Positions 57,408 through 64,000 of a DNA stretch of 64,000 nt are shown here, piece by piece. Source of the DNA: Marispirochaeta sp. (GTDB lineage Bacteria; Spirochaetota; Spirochaetia; JC444; Marispirochaetaceae); the NCBI GenBank assembly GCA_963676835.2, contig CAXXFF010000003.1, forward strand, positions 224,001 through 288,000, written 5' to 3'. Numbering within the stretch: the stretch's first letter is position 1; each line of letters starts with the position of its first letter. Position numbers and translations under genes: made by a program. A model generated the notes under the pieces. That model made no database searches. It was not told the DNA's origin and saw nothing but the letters and a program-made list of their open reading frames with translations.

Positions 57408-58937
57408 TCAGAGGGAAATATTCCATGGCAGCAATTTTTCCCAGTTATCAGATTCATTCATGAGTGGAGCTTCCTCAAAAACGCGTCTCAGGTAGTCGTT
57501 CGGGTTCACATTATTTTGTTTGGCTGTCTCAATCAGTGAATACATGGCACAGGAACTTTCAGCCCCCTTTGGACTACCGGAAAATAACCAGTTCTTTCGG
57601 CCCAGCACAAATGGCCGGATGGCCTGCTCCGCGCTATTGTTGTCCGGCGTCAGATAAGGCGAATCAAGGTAGTGTACCAGTTTCTCCCATTCGTTCAAGG
57701 TGTACTGAATTGCTTTCCCAAGCAATAACGAAGGAGGAACCTGCTGACTGCGTTTTTCAAGCCAGGTTCTAAACTTCTGCAAAACCGGTTCCGCCTGAGA
57801 TTTGCGCTGGTCAACAAACTGGTCTTCGGGCAATTCCATACTGCGAAGACGCTCTTCAATCCCATACAGTTTCCTGATGGCATTCAATGCTTCCTGTGCA
57901 CTTGCTGCTTTCTTCGAGGCCTTTGCAGCTTCATGAAACTTTCGCCGAACATGGGCCATGCAGCCGACATGGACTATCTGTTCATTCCCCGCCAGGGCTG
58001 TACGATACGCATCATAGCCGTCAGTCTGTAAAAAGCCGCTGAATCCATCGAGAAGTTCTTTAATATGTCGGGACCCGCGGGTTTCCCGGTATGAGTAAAG
58101 CAATCCCGGGTTTTCCGGAGGGCCGCCGCGGGCAAGCCACATATAGGATTTCGCCGTGTCTGGGCGTTCCGGTTCTCCGTGTACCTGGACCGGGGTTTCA
58201 TCCATGTTGATGACCGGCCCTGACCGGATATGCATTTTCAGAGTCTCAATTAAAGGTTCAATCTTTTCATACGTCATCTGCTGCCAGTTGCTCATGTTCT
58301 GACGGCTTATGTGGATGCCGATCCGCTCAAATCGTTTCTCCTGCCGGTAATAGGGCAGATGATCTACAAATTTATTCACTATGATGAAGGAGAGCAATCC
58401 AGGCGTTACAATGCTTTTAGGGATGATACTTGCAGGGGGGGCAGCAACCCTTACTGCCGGCTTCTCTTCATCCCCGGAGCCTTCACAGTTCTTGCAGGCA
58501 TACTTGGGACGGATAATCAGTTCTACCCACATCTTCGGGGGGATTACCTGTAAGCGCTCGCTGGTCTCTTCGCCGATACGAACCAGCGCATGGCCGCAGG
58601 CACACTGTTTTTCATCTTCGGGAATATCAATGATGATCTCTTCCCGGGGAAGGCTTTCATCAATTGGTTTTCTGCCGGATTTCTTGCGGGGATGGGACTG
58701 AACTGGTACGGAAGTCTCTGATGCATCGTTCTCCGAAGTACCATTCTCTTCAAGCCCGAACAACAGCGGTTGATACTCATCCTGTTGTTCTTTTTCACTT
58801 TTACGGCCAAATTTCTGAAGAAGAAGCAACTTGTACTGCTCCTCCAAGGCACCGTAGCGATGTTCCCAGGAACTGTTTGCTGTCTCAAGAGAGTGAATGT
58901 AGTCTTGTACTTCCTTCGGAAGGGCTGCAACATCCAT
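57408..58937 (-). CDS. tnpC: IS66 transposase
   Basis: FGRKSEK, CACG/CKNC, HLPYYRQ, DETP, TDGY, CMAHVRRKF, DNNSAEQAIR, GRKNWLF. Confidence 0.93.
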   Translation of the reverse strand: MDVAALPKEVQDYIHSLETANSSWEHRYGALEEQYKLLLLQKFGRKSEKEQQDEYQPLLFGLEENGTSENDASETSVPVQSHPRKKSGRKPIDESLPREEIIIDIPEDEKQCACGHALVRIGEETSERLQVIPPKMWVELIIRPKYACKNCEGSGDEEKPAVRVAAPPASIIPKSIVTPGLLSFIIVNKFVDHLPYYRQEKRFERIGIHISRQNMSNWQQMTYEKIEPLIETLKMHIRSGPVINMDETPVQVHGEPERPDTAKSYMWLARGGPPENPGLLYSYRETRGSRHIKELLDGFSGFLQTDGYDAYRTALAGNEQIVHVGCMAHVRRKFHEAAKASKKAASAQEALNAIRKLYGIEERLRSMELPEDQFVDQRKSQAEPVLQKFRTWLEKRSQQVPPSLLLGKAIQYTLNEWEKLVHYLDSPYLTPDNNSAEQAIRPFVLGRKNWLFSGSPKGAESSCAMYSLIETAKQNNVNPNDYLRRVFEEAPLMNESDNWEKLLPWNISL

Positions 58938-58999
58938 ACTGAAAAAAATTCTAGCATACAGCTCTTTCTCTGTAAATTCCTTTACACCATTAAAATGCT

Positions 59000-59347
59000 T
59001 TAAGAAACACGGGAATATTCCAAAGTAGTATGTTCATTCCAGAAATCGATGCCTTTCAACAGCATCGATAGCTGTTCCGGGGTAATGGCAAGAGCATCTT
59101 CTTCAGTTACGGGCCAGGGGAATTTATGCTTTTCCAGTTTCTTCTGCCACAGGCAGAAACCATTCCGGTCCCAATACAATGCCTTCATGATTCGTCGTTC
59201 GCGGTTGCAGAACAGAAACAGATTGCCGCTTAACGGATTTTCATTCATATAGTCCTGCACCATGACAACTAAGCCGTTGATTGCTTTACGCATATCAGTG
59301 ATGCCTGGCCGGATAAATATCTGTACGGCTGATAAATCTGGGGTCAT
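59000..59347 (-). CDS. tnpB: IS66 accessory protein (Orf2)
   Basis: TDMRKAINGL, FLFCN, KALYWDRNGFCLWQKKLE..FPWP. Confidence 0.92.
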   Translation of the reverse strand: MTPDLSAVQIFIRPGITDMRKAINGLVVMVQDYMNENPLSGNLFLFCNRERRIMKALYWDRNGFCLWQKKLEKHKFPWPVTEEDALAITPEQLSMLLKGIDFWNEHTTLEYSRVS

Positions 59348-59673
59348 TCATAAACCCTCAAGGCTGTTAATACTGCTTTTAGCTGGTCATGATTTGCTGT
59401 TACCGGCAGAGTAATAACAATATCGTGCAACTTTATGGTTATGGTTTCTTTTTCGGATAAATGATGAAAAGAGCTTTTTACTGGTATGAACCGGGCTGCT
59501 GCTGTTTCAGAGCCTATTCCGGTTTGTACGGCACGTTTCCTTTCGGCTTTTTTCCAGCTGTAAAACGTTGTGGGTGGTATTTCGTGCTGCCGGCAATACT
59601 CCTGCCCGCTTAACCCGCTTTTTTCCCAATTTCTAAGATGTTCACACTGCTGTTCCCGGTTATATTTGACCAT
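59344..59673 (-). CDS. tnpA: IS66 accessory HTH protein
   Basis: WEKSGLS..EYCRQHEI...TFYSWK, FIPV. Confidence 0.88.
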   Translation of the reverse strand: MVKYNREQQCEHLRNWEKSGLSGQEYCRQHEIPPTTFYSWKKAERKRAVQTGIGSETAAARFIPVKSSFHHLSEKETITIKLHDIVITLPVTANHDQLKAVLTALRVYE

Positions 59674-59748
59674 GCGATTCCTCCATTAAGGGAGGATTGT
59701 AGGGCATTCATTGATGTCGGCATAAGGTGGGGTTTAATTGACGGTTAC

Positions 59749-59810
59749 GTTACAATTTGTACTTTCTTAGGCAGCTTATCCACCTGTGATAGCCTTGCTC
59801 GCCTACTCTT
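59749..59810 (-). pseudogene. Upstream fragment of the broken HNH endonuclease gene
   Basis: KSRRARLSQVDKLPKKVQIVT, same strand as the HNH fragment; continues across the IS66 duplication to the IS3 end. Confidence 0.55.
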
Positions 59811-60083
59811 CTATAAATTTCATGACTCAAAATATATCACACGGATTCGTCGACGGTGCTTGATTAAGGTTAATAGCCTACTCTTGTTTGCTAAATTTCG
59901 TTAGTAAAGTGATTTATATTTTTGATCCGATTTATACAAACTCTTGAGACCCTATAAGTGAGATGATAACTGAGATAACTTAACTTTTTAAACTTTTTAT
60001 ATAAGTCAAGATCAAACACTTATATTTTGTTTTGACCTGACCAGCGAGATTGAGTTATATTCTAAAAAACGTGAGTAGCTCAC

Positions 60084-61739
60084 TTAGTCCCAGAACACAG
60101 TAGCACCATTATGCGCAGATGTTACATTTTTCTGAAATAAACGTAACCACCCGTACGCCTCTTTTTCTATAGGCTTCCAACCTTTTTTTCTTTCACTTAG
60201 TATTTTGTCTTCTAGTTCTACTTCTAGCCTTCTCCCTTCAATATCGATATTTATAATATCCCCGTCACGTATGAATGCTATATTACCGCCATCATATGCT
60301 TCCGGTGAAATGTGCCCTATAGCCACCCCCCCTGTAGCGCCTGAAAATCGGCCGTCTGATACTAAAGCTATTTTTGTTCCTAATTTCTTTCCAAGAACTG
60401 CAGCCATAAAAGTTTCCATATGAGGCATGCCTGGCGCTCCTTTAGGCCCTTCATAGCGTATAACGACCACATCACCTTCTACAATTTCATCTTTAAGTAT
60501 TGCATTCCATGCTTCATCTTGAGAATTATACACTTTTGCCGGACCTCTAAATTTCCATGCTTCTTTTTTAACCGCAGAAAATTTAACAATCGCGCTATCT
60601 TTTGCAATATTACCTGAGAGAACAGCAAGTCCCCCCTGCTCATTAATCGGATTTTTCACAGATCTAATAACTTCAGAATCTTTATTCTCTGCTTTCTTTA
60701 TCTTATCTATAAGCTTTCCAAACATTCCTTCAGTATCAGTTTTTATTTTTCCAGCTAAAGATAATTCTTTCACAACTGCAGACAGACCACCTGCGTTGGA
60801 AAATTCTTTCATAGTATAGCTAGGATGATTGGGATAGATCGCACTAAGTACCGGTATCTCGCGACTAATTTGATCAAATAACTCAACAGAAACATCTAAT
60901 CCCCCCTGTTTAGCAATTGCGGGTATGTGAAGGATTGAATTGGATGACCCCCCTGTAGCCATCATATAACGCACTACATTATCCATGGTATCTTGATTAA
61001 TTAAGTCCAAAGGCCTTATTTCTTTTTGTACAAGCTCAACAATTTTTCTTGCTGATTCTTTCCCCATCTCGTGCCATTCCGGAGATTCTGCTTTTACACT
61101 TGCATTCCCATCGGGTGAAAAGCCCATTATTTCAGCTGTTGCACACATTGTATTTGCAGTACCCATAAATGGACATGCACCTGGCCCAGGACATGCATTC
61201 TCAACAATTTCTTTATATTCCTCTCTAGATAATGCACCTTCTATATATGCTGCGTATGCTTGTTTCGTATGAGTAAGAGTGATCATATGACCATTATGCG
61301 AACCGGCATCCATATAACCACCAGTAAACATTACTGCAGGAATGTTTACGCGTAATGCTCCCATCAACATACCAGGTACAATTTTGTCGCAACTAGCTAA
61401 CATAATAATACCTTCTAACATGTTAAGTTCAGCTTGTGTTTCAACTTCTGCTGCGACCATATCTCTAGCGGGAAGTGTGTATCTATCACCTGGCGTGTTA
61501 GAACAAATACCATCACATATACCAGTCACTGGTAATTCAAGAGGTAACCCACCGGATTTTTTAATTTCAAGCTTAATTTCATTTATAATGTCTTTAAAAT
61601 GATAATGTCCTGGATTCATTTCACTCCAAGAATTCAGAATTCCTATTACTGGCTTTTTAACATCACTCTTTTTTAGCCCCATCGCAAAGAGTAACGCATT
61701 CCTATGATCTAAAGATTCTTCATTCCATTCGCGTATCAT
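60084..61739 (-). CDS. IlvD/Edd-family dehydratase (dihydroxy-acid or sugar-acid)
   Basis: ICDGI, CDKIVPG, CPGPGACPFMGTANTM, GGSSN, YEGPKGAPGM, SDGRFSG, GHISPEA. Confidence 0.9.
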   Translation of the reverse strand: MIREWNEESLDHRNALLFAMGLKKSDVKKPVIGILNSWSEMNPGHYHFKDIINEIKLEIKKSGGLPLELPVTGICDGICSNTPGDRYTLPARDMVAAEVETQAELNMLEGIIMLASCDKIVPGMLMGALRVNIPAVMFTGGYMDAGSHNGHMITLTHTKQAYAAYIEGALSREEYKEIVENACPGPGACPFMGTANTMCATAEIMGFSPDGNASVKAESPEWHEMGKESARKIVELVQKEIRPLDLINQDTMDNVVRYMMATGGSSNSILHIPAIAKQGGLDVSVELFDQISREIPVLSAIYPNHPSYTMKEFSNAGGLSAVVKELSLAGKIKTDTEGMFGKLIDKIKKAENKDSEVIRSVKNPINEQGGLAVLSGNIAKDSAIVKFSAVKKEAWKFRGPAKVYNSQDEAWNAILKDEIVEGDVVVIRYEGPKGAPGMPHMETFMAAVLGKKLGTKIALVSDGRFSGATGGVAIGHISPEAYDGGNIAFIRDGDIINIDIEGRRLEVELEDKILSERKKGWKPIEKEAYGWLRLFQKNVTSAHNGATVFWD

Positions 61740-61852
61740 TTTTCTTCCTTACACATATAGTAACAGCACATGATTCTAATAACTATGAATACTGTAAAAA
61801 CTATTTACTTACAACATTCACAATTTATCAACAATTGAAAACACAACACAAT

Positions 61853-63025
61853 TTAGCCAAGAGCTATACTTAAGATATTAAGTACATCATTCTTATTAAG
61901 TTTAACCAAATTCCCAACTGTAGACTTTCCAGTACATCGTTCAGCAATTTTATCAAAATCTTCATGATAGTTATTTGGTAAATTCAACTCATTTAGTAAT
62001 AAAGGAAGGCCTAAAAAAATGAAAAACTTTCTTAATATAGCAATACCTTCTTTTGCAATTTCTTCTTTTGTACCGAAATCTTTAGATACATCCCATACAT
62101 TTATTGCGTATTTAACAAAATGATCAAGTCGTTTCTTATATACATAGTCCATCCATGCAAGCGTCATAACCGCAATACCTTTTGCGTGATTAACCCCATA
62201 AAGTGCACTAAGCTCTTGTTCTATTTTATGTGTTGCATAGTCCCCAACACGACCAATACCTACCAGATCATTATGTGCAAAAGTACCTGCCAACATAATT
62301 TGTGCCTGCGAATCATAACTTTTACGATTTTCTTTTAGCATCTTTGCATTTTTAATAATTGTTCTAAGTATAGCAAAAGCCATCATGTCACTTATATCAT
62401 TGGTCTCTTCTGAAAAGAAACGTTCGTGTACATGACTCATCATGTCTGCTATACCACTAAACGTTAAATCATCCGGCAAAGAAAAGGTAAGTTCAGGGTT
62501 TAGAATGGAAAAAACTGGCCTCGAAAGGTTACAATTAAAACCTTTCTTTATAAGGCCATTTTCATTTGTAATGACAGAACTTTGACTTGCTTCACTTCCA
62601 GCCGCAGCTATAGTTAAAACAGTGGCAATTGGTAGAGAACTAACAGGGATATATTTTCCGCTGTAAATATCCCAGACATCACCATCATAATAAAACCCCA
62701 TCGCAATAGCCTTTGCGGTATCAATCGCGCTGCCTCCACCCACAGCAAGGATAAAATCTATGCTGTTCTTTCTACATAAACCTATTCCGGTTCGAACAAG
62801 TCCCAATTCTGGATTTGATTTTATGCCAGAGAGCTCCGTTATTTTGATATTCTGCTTATGGAGCGAATTGATAATCTTTTCATATAAGCCTGTTTTCTTT
62901 ATGCTCCCTCCACCATATACAAGCAAAATGTTTTTTGAGTATTTTTTAACTTCATCACCAACCTTAAGCTCTGCTTTTTTCCCAAATATCAATTCAGTTT
63001 TACATTGAAACTCAAAATTTAACAC
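61853..63025 (-). CDS. Iron-containing alcohol dehydrogenase (butanol dehydrogenase-like)
   Basis: YGGGSIKK, AVGGGSAIDTAK, AAAGSE, DMMSH, HKIEQELS, NHAKG; GTG 63025 after GAGGGG. Confidence 0.9.
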   Translation of the reverse strand: MLNFEFQCKTELIFGKKAELKVGDEVKKYSKNILLVYGGGSIKKTGLYEKIINSLHKQNIKITELSGIKSNPELGLVRTGIGLCRKNSIDFILAVGGGSAIDTAKAIAMGFYYDGDVWDIYSGKYIPVSSLPIATVLTIAAAGSEASQSSVITNENGLIKKGFNCNLSRPVFSILNPELTFSLPDDLTFSGIADMMSHVHERFFSEETNDISDMMAFAILRTIIKNAKMLKENRKSYDSQAQIMLAGTFAHNDLVGIGRVGDYATHKIEQELSALYGVNHAKGIAVMTLAWMDYVYKKRLDHFVKYAINVWDVSKDFGTKEEIAKEGIAILRKFFIFLGLPLLLNELNLPNNYHEDFDKIAERCTGKSTVGNLVKLNKNDVLNILSIALG

Positions 63026-63124
63026 TTCAACCCCTCGTTTAACCATTATTTACGGACGACATAATTACTAATTTTAATTCTTTATATTTTTCTCTTTTCC
63101 TTACCAATAGAGTCATTTATCCGA

Positions 63125-64000
63125 CTAAACCCCTATCATATTCGGGAAAAACATTACAACTGAAGGAATATAAGTGGCCGCTAATAAAACAATAATCATT
63201 GCCAAAAAAAATGGAATAAAAGCTTTTGTAGATTCAGCGATGCTAATTCCAGCAATACCACATGAGACAAAAAGACATACTCCAACCGGGGGTGTAAATA
63301 ACCCAATAGCCAAATTCATTATCATTATTACACCGAAATGTACTGGATCAATCCCTAAAGCTGTAACTATTGGCAATAAGATTGGAGTAAAAATAATAAC
63401 AGCAGGGCTGAGGTCTAACCATGTACCCACAAATAGCAGTAATGCATTGATCATTAATAAAATAACTATTTTATTTCCTGTAGCACTTAAAATAAGTTTA
63501 GCGAGCATAGCAGGTACACCTTGAGATGCAAAAAGCCATCCCAAAGAACTTGCGGTACCTATCATTATGGCAACCATGCCAGTTGTTATTGAAACTTCAA
63601 TAAATATTCCGCCGATATTAGATAGCTTTAACTCTTTATAATATAAAGTACCAAGCAGGAAAGAATACAGTGCTGCAATGCCAGCAGCTTCAGTAGGCGT
63701 AAAAAAACCAGTTATGATCCCTCCCAGGATTATAATGATGGTTAGCAACGCTGGAATACTTTTAATAATAATAACTGCAGCGTCTTTTAATGGTATTCTC
63801 TTCTCTACTGGATAATCTCTTTTATTAGCTATAAAGAATGTTACAGCCATTAAAGCCAAACCAACTAATATACCCGGAATCATTCCACCTAAGAATAACT
63901 TTGCGATTGAAGATCCAGAAGCAACTCCATATACTACCATTGGAATGCTTGGCGGAATGAGAACACCGATTGTTGATGATGTCGCCGTGACAGCAACCGT
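63125..64000 (-). CDS. dctM: TRAP transporter large permease (5' part outside window)
   Basis: IGVLIPPSIPM, FTPTEAA, IDPVHFG, TPPVG. Confidence 0.92.
   Translation of the reverse strand, partial: TVAVTATSSTIGVLIPPSIPMVVYGVASGSSIAKLFLGGMIPGILVGLALMAVTFFIANKRDYPVEKRIPLKDAAVIIIKSIPALLTIIIILGGIITGFFTPTEAAGIAALYSFLLGTLYYKELKLSNIGGIFIEVSITTGMVAIMIGTASSLGWLFASQGVPAMLAKLILSATGNKIVILLMINALLLFVGTWLDLSPAVIIFTPILLPIVTALGIDPVHFGVIMIMNLAIGLFTPPVGVCLFVSCGIAGISIAESTKAFIPFFLAMIIVLLAATYIPSVVMFFPNMIGV

Larger units (their letters stand above)
57373..59748 (-). mobile_element. IS66-family insertion sequence, 2376 bp, with 8-bp target duplication
   Basis: IRs GTAACCGTCAATTAAACC at both ends; GTTACAAT at 57365-57372 and 59749-59756; tnpA-tnpB-tnpC. 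Confidence 0.93.

Noticed and set aside
59000..59347. TnpB as an RNA-guided IS200/IS605 nuclease
   Set aside because: It is the unrelated 115-aa IS66 Orf2 protein; no RuvC motifs.

Overview
Chromosomal window from a spirochaete, probably a free-living Spirochaetaceae-type organism (flaA, cheA-cheW/CheR-cheX-cheY, spiro-SPASM protein, MurE with EDPR instead of DNPR). 1-25.3 kb is mostly housekeeping (queD coupled to an orphan adenine DNA methyltransferase, murE-atl-ddl, dinB, glpK, trmL-proC-serS, pncAB-neuB). 25.4-40.5 kb holds two chemosensory clusters separated by a Nif11-like gene, a complete class IIC group II intron and tRNA-Val. The first cluster has no cheW, and its CheA carries two Hpt domains plus a tandem MshEN (c-di-GMP) motif. 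43-52.4 kb is flaA plus a putative nonulosonate/glycan-modification operon. 52.5-55.5 kb has pyrKD, nth, tRNA-Pro and tRNA-Arg. After tRNA-Arg the sequence becomes visibly AT-richer: a decayed integrative element whose McrA-like HNH gene is broken by an IS3 and an IS66, then a TRAP transporter/Fe-ADH/IlvD-family catabolic cluster. All calls come from motif recognition by eye; no searches were run, and several starts were re-chosen from the ORF track.
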